Shown here: positions 35,401 to 48,567 of the stretch, in pieces | Layout of the letters: each line of letters opens with the position of its first letter | How positions within the stretch are numbered: the stretch's first letter is position 1 | Assembly: GCA_951406725.2 (NCBI GenBank) | Contig: OX597820.1 | Span: forward strand, 26,102,001 to 26,166,000 | Source: Octopus vulgaris | Lineage: Eukaryota | Length of the DNA: 64,000 nucleotides | Direction: 5' to 3' | Notes under the pieces: generated by a model | What the model was told of the DNA's origin: nothing | Database searches by the model: none | What the model saw: the letters and a program-made list of their open reading frames with translations, nothing else | Translations under genes and position numbers: made by a program

Positions 35401-35986
35401 TAGTGTGTGTATGTATATGTATGTTATTTACTTTTTTATTTTGAGGTTTAATATATATTTTAAAAATTGGTCAAGTGATCTTTTATTGATATTTTCTTGT
35501 GTGTATATTTCAAATATTATTTGGAGAAAGCTCACAATATGTTGTTGCTATTTCATTTCCCAGTTGTAGTTATTTCATTCCATTCACTTTGCTGATGTTC
35601 CAGAGAAAGGCATGAGTACTATCACACGCATTTTCATTTGCTTTCTCTTACATATCTTGTGTTTGTCAGAAATCATTGTTTCTTTGTGTGTTGTTATTGT
35701 CGTTTCAAAGCAATAGGTTTGTTAAATAGGGAGGAAATATCGCATATGTGACTGTTTCAAATTCAGCCAAAAAAAAAATTGTTTTCAGAAAGATCTATTC
35801 TTGAGCAAAATTATATTCCTTTGTTGTGGTGTAGCTGATTCTCATGGAAATTTTTGCTGATTGGTCTCTCAAATTTTGCATCTAATTAGATAGCATCAGT
35901 CTTCACAATATTAAAAACTATATACACTCTTTTGAAAATGCTACTTGCATATAAGATCATGAATGTATGCATAAGATATGTGCACG

Positions 35987-36022
<36 letters not shown>

Positions 36023-36238
36023 TGCATGTATGCATACTCCTCCTCCTCTCTCAGTTTTGGTTATATCTTTTATGTTAACAAAAAATATGAAAGTACTATA
36101 TTCATAAAGTTAAATTTTGGCCAAACATGCCATCTAGACATTAGGGAAATGGTGTTTATAACTGTATTTTTGAAAATTATATTTCCATTACACATAGAAA
36201 TTTATACATATGTTTCTGCTATCCCACCATACACAAAG

Positions 36239-36281
<43 letters not shown>

Positions 36282-36779
36282 ATATCTATCTCTCATTACT
36301 AATATTTATGATCAGATGTTGAGACACATTGGAGCATATCCCAGTTTTTAAGTGTTGTTGGAAGCCAGTCTATCACAGGTTTGCTCTTGGGAGGATTTGA
36401 GTTTTACAGTTTTTCTTTTCTGTTTGTTGTCTTGTAACACATCTACTTTTGGAAGTTATCAGTTAAGGTTATTTGCCACAGATTGTAGTATCTACAACTG
36501 CTCGATTCTTTAGACAGCACCCATTGCAACTTTCACATAAACTTATTAATTGGTATAATTAATTGTAAAGGCTGTTCTTTATTTTTTTGTATAAAATGAA
36601 GGTACTTTGTTTTGTTGACTTTTGTACCTTTAAATGCATAATTTCAGTGTTACAATCACGATAAATTTTATCTGATAAACTGCAGTTGTTTGACAGATGA
36701 CTTGATCTGAGACTGTGTGTTGTAGTTGAAACAGTTTCATCATGGAAGAACTATTTTAACCATTCAAGAATTGTTATTA

Positions 36780-37162
36780 TCTCATATTTGATTAGCCTGT
36801 TATTATGTAACATGCTTCACGATTTTAGTGTACATACCTTATTAGTATTTCCTCCTATGTTCTATATACTCTGGGAACGCATTAAAACCCTTTTCGGGGT
36901 TACTTTATTTGAATTCTTATTGTTGGGTTACTAATTTCATGTTATTATGTAACTGACTTCACAATTTGGGTATTCATAACTTATTGGGAATTCCTAAGAA
37001 CAAGATCCTGTGTAAGACAGTTCGGTATTTTCTGTAAATGCACAAAACGCATTTTAAGGGCTACATACTTTGTATTGTTGTTATTGGATTAGTGAAACAA
37101 TTATGAGAATGGACCCAAGGGATAAGCCCCGCTTTCCCAGGAATTCCCAGATATGTCAGCTA
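36780..37162 (+). mobile_element. Helitron-like non-autonomous element with internal diverged tandem duplication
   Basis: 3' end CCCAGGAATTCCCAGATATGTCAGCTAG|T is a decayed GC hairpin followed by CTAG. The TGTTATTATGTAAC...CTTCAC...CTTATT block occurs at about 36798 and again at about 36940. The 5' boundary is uncertain. Confidence 0.5.
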
Positions 37163-38744
37163 GTTTCTTAATAGTGCAGTCTATGATGAAGTTTTATTGC
37201 ACTCATATGCAACATGAGCACGAACAAAATAATATTGTTATTTATCTTTCTGTCTGTCTAGTTAGTGATCGGGGCACAGAAGCACGCAGAAACTTTTTTA
37301 CATTTCATATTAGACTGTGTAATTAGGACATGAAAAAACTTTATAATGAATGTAATAGCTTTTGTGTTGTCAAATGGCTAAAATGACTTTCTATGATGTA
37401 ATTGTTAATTTATTGCTTGAGAAGGTCTCTTATCAGAGTTGGTATTGTTAAAAAATTTTCTATAGTTGTATTTAAATGTGAGTAGATTAATCTACTTACT
37501 TCAGCCTAGCTATCTACAAAATAAAATAGAAAGAAAAGAAAAAAAGAGAGAGGAAAACATTAATGGTAGACTATGACAACAAAAATAAAATACTTGACCT
37601 AATAAGTTTTGATGTAGTTTGTAAAACATTTTTACTTGATGCTAATATAGAAAGTGGCAGGACTAATTCAATAATACAATGTTGATAGTACTAAAAGTAC
37701 AAGAGTGCTAACTAGCTCAGTGGATAGGATTTGAGGTAGTTTGAAGCTCTTTGATGACTACAAAGAGTTTCTCTTTGTTCAGAAAGGAAGATTGCATAAG
37801 AGATTTGTGATGTTTATCAGTGCAATATGTGAGGTGAGGCTTTAGGATGTAGAAAATTAGAGATGAATGAGTTTAGCACGGTCTGTTTGATATCTCATTT
37901 TAAACTTTAAAGGAAGTTGATGTTGGAGAATGCCCAGTTTTTACTAATGTGTAAGATTATGATCCATGGAGATAATCTAGTGATCTATGTAAAAATTGAC
38001 ATGGTATTGATGAAATGTTTTAACTTTAGATTATTGGAAATAGCAGTGTAAGTGAAAATTATAGAATGCATTTAAGAAGACTCTCTAAATTTAGCAATTT
38101 GACAAATTGAAGTAAATAGCATTTATTTCATAATGAAGTTGGAATATTGAGAAAAAATTAATACATGGCATTATGCTTGGAGAGCTGCCTTTGTTCATCA
38201 GCCTGTTTTGACTTTCATTGCCAAGGTTCTGTCTTTTGGTTTCATTATCGTGACTACTATTCTTACCTGACCTTAACTCTTATTGCTGCAGGTTATAACT
38301 GTCTAAGTGGAAGCACATGACAAGTTCTCATTGATTCTGATTGTTATGTCAAGTACTTGGTTACCAGACACTTGCCAAATGAGATTTTCTTCCAAGTATG
38401 GTTCCAGTTGTTTGTCCTGTCTGGCATTATTTATTATTATGATGATGTCTTTTTTTTTCTTTTGTTATAGTTTTATTACTTTTTATATTAACTTTGTTTT
38501 TATTAACCATTGATGATACACCACCATTCAGTTTTATTATTGTGATCCTTTGGAACAGACATTTTAGCAATGGGGGAGGGGCAGGGTTAACGTTCAGCAT
38601 TGTTCCAATAATGGCCATTGACTAAGCAATATTCTGCAATTCCTTTTTGTGGATTAACTGAATTAACTTTTTGCAGATGTAACAACATCTATTCAAGCAT
38701 ACTTAGCTCTCTTGGTTTTGTAGCTTTATTATTACCATAAATTT

Positions 38745-38960
38745 AAAGCAGCAAGCTAGCAGAATCGTTAGCATGCCAGACAAAATACTTAGTGGCATTT
38801 CATCTGTTTTTGCATTCTGAGATCAAATTCTGACATGGTTGACTTTTGACTTTCATACTTTTGGGTTGGTGAAATTAGTGCCAGTTAAGCACTGGGGTTG
38901 ATGTAATTGACTAACCCCTCACTCAAAATTTCAGGCCTTGTGCCAAAAATAGAAAGGATT
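38745..38960 (+). mobile_element. SINE family B
   Basis: Full head-to-tail similarity to the reverse complement of 5687-5923. Confidence 0.8.
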
Positions 38961-39464
38961 ATAACCATAAATTTAATAGCTTTTTGGTTGTTTTGCATTA
39001 TTTTAGCTCCAGATTAGACCTATGGTTGAGAGCATTCACTTCTTTTGTGTGTATGTGAAGTTCCACACAGCTACATTGTTAGTACCATTGTCTTTTTTTT
39101 TTAGCATGATTTGAGGGATAACTGACTGCTATTTCTAGCAGGTTGAGCATTCACATGGGGGCTCCCTTGGCTTATATACCAAGTTTTTCTTCTTTTATAG
39201 CAGAGTTATTTTTTTTGTAAATTTACTAATTTATCATTGTTGCAGCTAAGTAAGCATGTATAGTTCTCCATTAGCTTGCACAAAGCTGTGCTTATGTTCA
39301 GTCAGATAGAAAAAAGCTAGGAGAGTATATAGGAATATTGTTTTGGAATCCCACACAACACATTCAAGAACTGCACAATGTGATGAGTACTTCAGCTGTT
39401 TAACCTTGCTAAAACTTTGTCTTATTTAGTTGCTGTGCATAAATTAATTGGTATTTTCATTTAT

Positions 39465-39885
39465 TAAGGCGGCAAACTGCAGAAGTGTTGCTATGCCAGG
39501 CAAAATGCTTAGCATTTCTTCTAGCTCTTTGTTCTGAGTTCAAATGTCACCAAGGTAAAACTTCGCTACAAAAATAAAACTTTGCCTTGTTACGATCAAT
39601 AAAACAGAGTAACAGTCAAGTTTGATGAAATCGACAAACACCCTCCCCTAAAATTTGCTGGCCTTGTTCCAAAATTTGAGAGAATTATTGCTATGTCCTG
39701 AGTTCAAATTCTATTGAGGTTGACTTTGCCTTTCATCCTTTCAAGGGTCAATAAATTAAGTACCAGTGAAACACTGGGATCGATGTAATTGATTAGTCCC
39801 CTCCCCCAAAATTTCAGGACCTTATTCCTTTAGTAGAAAGGATCATCATCATCATCATCAATCATCATCATCATCATCATCATCA

Positions 39886-39949
<64 letters not shown>

Positions 39950-39975
39950 CATCATTATTATTATTATTATTATTT
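39465..39975 (+). mobile_element. Tandem SINE family B with expanded (ATC)n(ATT)n tail
   Basis: Two B units followed by a trinucleotide run of about 130 bp at 39842-39973. Confidence 0.8.
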
Positions 39976-41009
39976 TGTTCAGTGTTAAATTATAGCTGTA
40001 TAATTTATATACTCATTTACTCTTCCATTGGTTTTAGTTACTAGACTGTAGCCATCTTGGGGTTTCACTTTCAAAGGTCTTAGTTGATCATATTGGCCCC
40101 AGTACTTTATTTCAGCCTGGTATTTATTTTAATAATTTATATTTACCAAAATGTTTGGTTACTGTTTATTACAAAGGAATGCAGCATCCGTAAACAAAAA
40201 TGCTGACACAGACATATAGAGACATATATACAAATACATACGTATATACTGCCAGACTTCATTCTCAAAGTTTTTATTTTGTTATTTCTTATTTTACCAT
40301 GCCAGGATGGATTGGATATTTCTGAAAATAGACATTCCCATACATTTTGGGACAGATCAATCAATAGATTATTAGTCAGTGTATTGAGGCTTTGGAATAA
40401 TAGTAGCTTAAACTAATTGATTTTTGCCCAATATGGTATGAAGCCTTGAGTTAGATTAAAGTACCTTTGCTAATACAATAACTTACGAAAGTAAATCTAG
40501 TGAAAATTTTTATTCAGTGAATACAGACATAGTGATACTCTATATTATTTTGTTGCATTGCAGATCTGCAGAGAATGTGATTGGAAGTGTGTGTGTGTGT
40601 CTATGTGTGGTCTGTTTGTGATGTATGTGTGTATATGCATACATGTTTTTGCAATAACCTTTGCAAAGCAAAAATGATCAAACGGTCACTTGTATCTCTC
40701 CCTTCTGCTGTTGGAGCAAAACCTTAAAATATAGTTATATAGTATGTTACTAAATTGCTATTTTCTATTTAGACTTGCTTCCTATTCTTCAAACAAAATA
40801 TATGCTATGACCAAATTTAACTCTAGGGATTTAAAAAAACATGCTAGATTGTTGTGAAACAGTAATTTTATTGAAATTTTTTTTATTGCTGTAGTAGTCT
40901 GTTATGGAATGTAAAATACACATAAATGTTTATATGATTGCGAGGAAAATAATATATTATTTTGCTTTGTGTATTTGGTTTGCAAAATGCTTGATGTGAA
41001 CTCATGTGT

Positions 41010-41635
41010 TGAAACATTTTGTTGCATCTCAGGAGGGTCATTCTATCAATAAACACACTCTCACACACACAGGTTCTGTTTTGCTTCTTTATTTTATTTG
41101 TCATTTTGTTAACCATTTAACCAATTAACTAATCGATTGTTTGATTAATCATTCAGTTACTCAACCACCTGTCGGTTTGTTACCATTTGTAACTGCATCA
41201 CTGACATTGTGAATAGTGATGAAAGGACTCTAACAAATATAGCTGATTGATTGACCAAACAAATGATTACTCAAGCTATTGAGTAGTTAATAGGTTAAAT
41301 GGTTAACCAATTGACAAATAAAAATAAAGAAATGTATGTTTGTGTGTCTGTGCTTGTCCCCCCCAACATTGCTTGACAACCGATGCTGGTGTGTTTACGT
41401 CCCCGTAACTTAGCGGTTCAGCAAAAGAGACGATAGAATAAGTACTAGGCTTACAATGAATAAGTCCAGGGGTCGTTTTGCTTGATTAAAGGCGGTGCTT
41501 CAGCATGGCCACAGTTAAATGACTGAAAAAGAGTAAAGAGTAAGAGTAAATGAAATAGAACCTCTGTGTGTGGGTGTGGGTGCACACTTATCATTGGCAT
41601 AATGACCCCACCCTCTCAATACAAGAAAATATATT
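41010..41635. mobile_element. Palindromic (foldback/MITE-like) element interrupted by a 5'-truncated SINE A (41334-41548)
   Basis: 41085-41180 is the reverse complement of about 41230-41331. The outer arm resumes after the SINE. The centre is CATCACT...AGTGATG. Confidence 0.8.
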
Positions 41636-42088
41636 ACGTTTGTGGTTAATGATGAAGATGGTAACAAAAATGAGGATTCAACCTATCCCAGTATAGAATT
41701 TGGATATCAATTGATGATGATCATGATTCTCAGCTTTGGCATAAAGTCACTAATTTTGAGGTGGGATGCAGGTGGTTAAATTGACTTGAGTTCTTGACTA
41801 GTATTTTATTGATTCTCCCAGAAGGATGAAAACAAAGTTCATCCAGCATGATTTGAACTCTTTACATAAGGGAATATAATCAAATATCTCCAGTAAACTT
41901 TTCCATAATTCTGATCAATTCTGCCACTCATAATTTCTATAAGGAATCAGTAAAGGTAGTCATTTTTTTTCTCTGTCACATTATATTACCAATATTTAGT
42001 TGACCAATCCCAGGGGCATGAGAATTTCTTATATAATTACACACAGTCATCAAGGAATGTTTTTTTTTAACCTTTTAACAATGACAAT

Positions 42089-42326
42089 CTTACCCTTTTG
42101 TTAGCATATTTCTGTTGACATATACTGCTTCTGTTTTAATTACTTTTGAAAACAAAGAAAATTTTGTGAGATAACTTCATATAAGATCTAACAGAAAACT
42201 GGTATTTGAAACATGAATTAACACAAGATTGGATTTTGACAAACTGGTTTTAGATCACTTTCAAATTAGAAATTTGTACCACAGAACCAGGGGTGATACC
42301 AGGTGGGTTGTTATCAAAAGGGTTAA
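42089..42326. mobile_element. piggyBac-type MITE, family P1
   Basis: Homologous to 6470-6699 and ends in CAAAAGGGTTAA. Confidence 0.7.
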
Positions 42327-43174
42327 GTCAGATACAAACTTACACACACACACACTTGTCTGTTGGCATCCTTGGTTGATTTTCTTTCTTAGCAGTGTTC
42401 CAACTCCATTCTAGTTTATAATGTTGTTCATATAACGATATTACAGCACATATATTGAATGTCAGCATATCTTCATTGTGTTGTATGTAGTTCCCCAAAA
42501 GAAAAGTTTGATATGGCAACATGTAAAATAGTAATGATAGTAGTAATAATTTTTTAACTACTTTTCTTAATATATTAAAAATAAAACCTATTATATAATC
42601 ATAGATTTGTTCTCGAAATATTCTTCTTGAATCAAATTCTTATTATAGTTTTTTCTTTCTTTGCACTACTGTAGTGTTGTTGATAATGCAATACTTAGTG
42701 CTCGAAATCACTGGAGAATAGGGTCCGAGTTTGAGTGATTCGTTCCAGTTTCTGGACCATTTGGTAAGCTACTTAACTCTCTCAAGCTTTTCATACCTTT
42801 TGCATAAAGTTGATAACCCCCACCCTTCCCTTGTTCCACTGAGAAATGCTACATGATTGGTTGTTTTTTTTTTAAAAAAAAAGAAGAGAAAATGCTAATA
42901 TTCTTCTGTAGGAATTAATTTTCTGTAATCTTTTGACTCTTTTATTGGAGCATCACTTCAAGGCTTTTGTCTTCATAGAATGAAGCAAGTGAAAATCCAC
43001 TAGAGTTCTTTGAATTTTCTTTTCTCTTGATGCATGGGAAGATTTAAACCCAAAGCTAACAGACCATGTCAGTTTTACAGTAACCCCACCTCAAATACTC
43101 CTAACAGTGATGTGATATTCCTCTGAGGCATCAATGATTTTATCATGTAACCAGCATTGATCATTCACCATTAT

Positions 43175-43970
43175 TTTCATCATTTAGTCTCCACTTTTCC
43201 ATGCTTGCATGGGTCAGATGGAATTTGTGAAAACAAATTTTCTATGGCCAGATGCCCACTCTATCACCAATCCTTACCTTGTTTTCAAGCAGGGTATTGT
43301 TTTCCCATATCTAAACAGGATTTTCATTGAAGACTGGAAACAAACAACCTCACTTGTATGATGATGATGATGCCCGTTCACAACCATTATGTAATGTCAA
43401 AACAAGAAGTACACACACTTATACATATATGTGTATATATGGTTAGTTTTTCAGTTTCCATCTACCAAATATACTTACAAGGCTTTGGTTGGCCTGGGGT
43501 CTATAGTAGAAGATACTTACCCAAGGTGCCATGCAGTGGGACTGAACCCAGGATTACATGGTTGGGAAGGAAGCTTCTTGACCACACAGCTACTCTCTGC
43601 TGAGTATGTTGCTTTAAGGATTTAGAATTATCTTTTATACTTGTTTCAGTCATTGGACTGTGGTCATGCTGGGGCACCTCTTTAAAAAGTGAAATTGAAC
43701 AGATCAACCCCAGTATTTATTTTTTAAGTCTTATACTTGTTTTATTGGTCTCACTGTTGAACTGTTGGATTATGGAAACATAAACCAACACCGATTGTCA
43801 AGTAGTGATGGTGGGGAAAACACAGCACAAAGACACACACACACACACGACCAGCGTTTTAAAATTTCCATCTACCAAATCCACTTACAAGGCTTTGGTT
43901 AGTTTGAGGCTGTAGTAGAAGAAACGTGCCCAAAATGCTACACAATGGGCCTGAATTCAGAACCATGTAA
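43175..43970 (-). mobile_element. A-head/RTE-tail SINE (43175-43597) and SINE A (43630-43970)
   Basis: Both share the family A head and have different tails. Confidence 0.75.
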
Positions 43971-44202
43971 GGCTTTTTTTTTTAGTTGTTTTATATTAAA
44001 ATAAGTTAATAAAGTGATTGGAAAGCAAGATTTGGGTATATTCCTTGGCAAGTTTGGTAAATACATTATATCGCTAGCTTATATTTCCATGATTTTCTTT
44101 TGATCAAAGAAACCTGATAGTAATTCAAAATTAGCTTTTGTCTGAATTGTATGATCTGAAGAAATTGAAGTAATTTAGTTACCCAAAATAGAAAGTATAT
44201 GC

Positions 44203-44589
44203 TGGTATGGTTTTGTGGTTAAGAAGTCCCCCCCCCCACATGGTTTTAGGTTCAGTCCCACTCCCTGGCACCTTGAGCTTGTGTCTTCTACTATAGCCCT
44301 GGGCCAACCAAAATGTGAGTGGAATTGATAGACAAACTGATAGAAGCTTGTGTGTGTGTTTGTATCTCCATGTCTCAATATCATATGATAGTTATAAATG
44401 AGTTCACTATTGTAGAAGCATTGTCATTAATTTTCTGTCTTCTCTGAAATCATGTCTTGCCATGGTGGAAATATTACCTTGTTTGGAAACAGGAAGGCCA
44501 CCTGGTCACTGAAAAATCTGCCTCAATAAACTCCATCCAACCCATACAAGCTTGCTCATTAAAAGTGGTCATTAAAACAATGATGATGC
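44203..44589 (+). mobile_element. A-head/RTE-tail SINE, full length
   Basis: GGTTCAGTCCCAC...CTACTATAGCCC head and a tail ending AAGTGGTCATTAAAACAATGATGATG. A similar copy is at 46007-46340. Confidence 0.75.
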
Positions 44590-46389
44590 AAATGTACCAA
44601 AGAACAACTTGACAAATGTCATGTGTCTAAAATAACTCAATGCAATAGATTCAGCAGCTGTGGGAAGTAAAAGAAAAAGAACTGAAGAAATACTGTATTA
44701 TTTTTCATTCCTTATACATACTGTATTCAAAGGTAAATTCTTATATGCAATATTCAAATTCTGGTGATACACTACCAACTGCATAATAATTGAGACTCAT
44801 ATTATTTGGTTCCACATTAATCAGTATTGCTGTGTGCACATGCATGTGATAATTACCGATCAGATCAGAAATGTTTTCTTCAGGCCATGACTGGTTCTTC
44901 ATCTTTGCAGCAGCAGGAGCAGCAGCAACAACAACAACAACAACAACACACACACACACACACACACACTCTTTCTGTCCCCCGCCCCTATCTCTTTCTC
45001 ACAGAAATTTTATTGAAATGTAATTATTGAATATTTTTAGACATGATTTAAAGGTTATTGTTTCAAATGCATTCTTGTCTCTAATTTGGCAAAGGTATGC
45101 ATTAACTTGACTCACTCAGCTATCTTGTAGTTTGTTTGTACAATCAGTCTCTTCCTTTTTCATATTTTCCTTTTAGACTGATTTCTTTTATTTTGTTTAG
45201 TTTGATTTCACACTAAATCATTAAAATAAAAGTGCATCAAATTCCCCAACACCATTTACAGGTTTGAAATAGTGTAACAGCTAAATAGGTATATTTTCTT
45301 TTTAAATAACCCAAATATACTAGATTACCTATCAAAATACTAAGGAAATAATTTTGCCAAGGGTTTTATGTTTGGAACTAAAATTTATTCCTGAAAGCAG
45401 CTGTGAATTCTTCAAACTTTAATTAGTCGATTATGTTTTTTTTCTTCTTCCCCCACCAATTCTAAAATCTATTTCATGGACTGTAATGTTTGTTCACATC
45501 TGTGTGTCATTCTGGAAAAAAAGAAAATGTAACTCTGGGCAAATATATTTCTTTTCTTTTTTTTTTTAAAGTTTAAAAAACGTGTTTTTAGGGTTACAGT
45601 TGCCAGAAATTAATCATGTGGATTGTAGTTGGAACAGAGGGCAGCTCCTTAAATTTCATTTCCAATAATGAATTTGTTTTTAAGCCAATAAGTTCCATTT
45701 GTATGTTCGGCATTTTCATGATTTTTTTTTTTTGTGTGTTCATTTTGTGGAAATAGGTTTATAAATGCCAGTGTTCAAGGTCTCTTCTTTAGCAAAATCA
45801 TGAAAACGACTTTCAAATGACTCTTGAAAACTTGATTTTTTTTATTTTCTTTAAAAAAAACAAATTAAAAAAAACCAGTTTTTTTTTTTTTGTAAAATTG
45901 CCATTTTCCTCAGTATATTCAATTTGATTTTTTTAAGTGTGAAAACTGGTTCAAATCCTCATTTATTTATTTGTTAAGTATTGAACAATCTTAAGTTCAT
46001 TTTGATAGGCATAATCATATGGTTAAAGTTTTCTTTATAACCATGAGGTTTTGGGTTTGTTTGCATTGTATGGTACCATGGGTAGGTTTCTCCTGCTATG
46101 GTGTCAGACTGACCAATGCCTTCTGAATGGAATTAATGGAAACTGTTAGAAGCCTCTTCTGTGTGTAATATGTGTCTTTATGTTGTTTGAAGGGCTATGG
46201 GGAAATATTACCTTATTTGGAAACAGATAAAGGTTGATTTGAGGAAGAGCACTCACCTGTAGAATATCTACCTCAATAAGTTTCACCCAATCCATGCTGG
46301 TATGGAAAAGTGGGCATTAAAACAATGATGATAATGATAAATGTATTTCTGTAAGGAATTTGTTGCTGTCTCAAATAGTCATTTGTTAG

Positions 46390-47450
46390 CATATATAAGA
46401 GCTATTTTTTCTGGTACTTAATTTTTTTCTCTTGTAGAAAATTATGAACAGCATTTTTCATTTTCAAAAGTCTGCTTAGAAATCCACCTCAATGGAGGAC
46501 AAGGTTGCCATATTTCAAATCTAGTGTGTCACAATATTCTCTGAATTCTCATCTGTTTAATAACTGCTCTTGCTCTAATTTTAGCAATGCATTTCACAAC
46601 CATTAACGTGTTGAAGTATTGCAAGTGTTTTCCACATGACTCTTGGTGTATGTAGGACAGTAATACTTTACTAGAGGACAGTCTAAAACGCTTTCAAGCA
46701 GAGTTGTAGCTCCAGTGACTTAACAGATCATTGACATAATTCCATCAGGTTTACATTGAGGTGATTCAAGAGCAACAAATTGTTCAAAGACTCTGAAATT
46801 ATCGATTCTTTTATAAAAATGGTCAACTGACCTATATCACACATGTTGATCAATTCATCCAAAGGTCTAAGAAAATAAAGTGCAAACTTGTGCTAGGGCC
46901 TTTCATTTGCTCATATAACCATGTATTCTTCAGCGTGTTTTGTAACTTCTTTTCACAGAGCAACTCACCTTCTTTTCTTTCAATATTTTATCACCAAGGC
47001 ATCTTGCATATATTTAGAGATAAAAACGAAACAATTTCTTCCCTATCAAAGAAAGGCTCCCATTTTGGAGGCAATTGCTAAAGCAATTTCATAAGACATC
47101 TTTCATCACCAAAGTTTTTGCATTTTACAGCAAATATTTTTTGTCTTTTTTTGATTTCTTCATTTTCCTCAACCGCATTTCTTTCCCCCATTCAAATCCC
47201 CAACACTAGCTTTAGTTTTCCTTCTATTTTAGTCTGTTGTGTTGTGTAGTGTCTATTATGTCTTCTATTATGTGAAAAGCTATTTTCACAAACAATGCAC
47301 AGCAGGTTTTCCTGAAGGATCTGCTATAAATAGAAACTCCTTTCCCCACTATTCATTGAATTTACACTTAATATCACTTTCTGCTTTTCTTTTACTCATT
47401 CTCTTTTTTTTTTTCTTTTTGCACTGTGAAGTGTAAAATAAAAAGAACCA
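46390..47450 (-). mobile_element. hAT (Buster/SPIN/GTF2IRD2-like) transposase fossil
   Basis: Minus-strand peptides KFNE*WGKEFLF, CIVCENSFSHNRRHNRHY (BED-finger-like), SYEIALAIAS, LDELINMCDIGQLTIFI and VVKCIAKIRARA..LNR*EFREYCDTLDLKYGNLVLH. These match ASYEV..IA, LDESTD..D.AQL.IFIR and YGDL..H.EVRWLS in order. Confidence 0.8.
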
Positions 47451-47811
47451 GGTTTAATTTACAAAAAAAAAAAAAAAAACCCCAATGAAAATGCAACAAT
47501 ATTCACAAAGGATGAACAAAGCCCAACTCTAGTGTGAGAGTGTCAACTGTAAACTGACAGCAAAGACCATGATGGACAGGTGACACTAGCTGCTACCTTT
47601 GGATCAAGCATACATCAAATGTCTGTTGAACAAAAATGTGAAGAGTAGCATTTCTAATTCAGTGTAACACTTTTGGTGCATGCAAGATAGGTTGACCATC
47701 TTTGATAGATGTGATGTTCAGTTTGAATATTTGTAAGTAAAAGTATGTATAGAGGGCAATGTGAGCAGAAATGCAAAATCAGTAAAAGTCATAAAGAAGT
47801 TGACAATCTCA

Positions 47812-48176
47812 TTTATCTTTTACTTGTTTTGGTCATTGGATTATGGCCATGTTGGGACATTGCAAATCTTTTTTTAAGGCCTGGCATTTATTCTATTGGG
47901 TGTTTTTTTTTTTTTTTTTGCTGAACTGTTAAGTTATAGAGATGTAGACATTTCAGCACTGGTTGTCAAGTGATGTTGGGGTGGGATGTAAACACAAAGA
48001 CATACACACATTGGTGTGTGTGTGAGAGGCTTCTTTCAGTTTCTGTCAACCAAATCCACTCACAAGGCTTTGGTTAGCCTAAGGCTGTGGTAGAAAACAC
48101 TCACCCAAGGTACCATGCCAGGAACCTGACCAGGTAGTTGGAGGCAAACTTCTTAACACAAAGCCATACCTGCATG
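47812..48176 (-). mobile_element. SINE family A, degenerate
   Basis: Matches 29104-29511. Further fragments lie at 48570-48725 and 50365-50450. Confidence 0.75.
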
Positions 48177-48500
48177 TAGTTCAAAATAGGAATGTTACAG
48201 AAGTTTATTAAAAAAGAAAAATAGAAAAGAAAAAAATAACAAAAACAAATTACCAATTAACTCTGATCATGTATCTGCATATGTATGCGTAAACCTGGGC
48301 AAGATGTTTTTGAGGAAAACTGGCAGTTGCCCATGTAAATAAGTACTTTAAAAATTCCATGACTTGACATAAACTGCTGAGTTGCTGGACTTTTGTTTAT
48401 ATAGGGCATATCATTATTGTTGCTGTCTGACTGATGTTAGGTGTGGAAACATGTAGAGACTAGCACACACAGGTGTGTGCATACAAGCATACACACATGC

Positions 48501-48567
<67 letters not shown>

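Noticed and set aside
37384-37430. 14-nt match to miR-137 (TTATTGCTTGAGAA) in a weak hairpin
   Set aside because: The 3' part diverges from miR-137, the conserved 5p arm is absent and the hairpin is too short.
37732-37745. let-7-like TGAGGTAGT; similarly a miR-1-like match at about 40905 and a miR-133-like match at about 21064
   Set aside because: Only seed-length matches with no precursor hairpin; one lies inside a Penelope fossil.
38292-38395. Acceptor-like CTCTTATTGCTGCAG| with a possible donor
   Set aside because: Stops in all three frames, and many equally good acceptor-like sites occur by chance in T-rich introns.
45713-45951. Short inverted repeats TTTTCATGATTTT/AAAATCATGAAAA and AACCAGTTTT/AAAACTGGTT
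   Set aside because: Mostly A/T runs, plausibly chance at this base composition.
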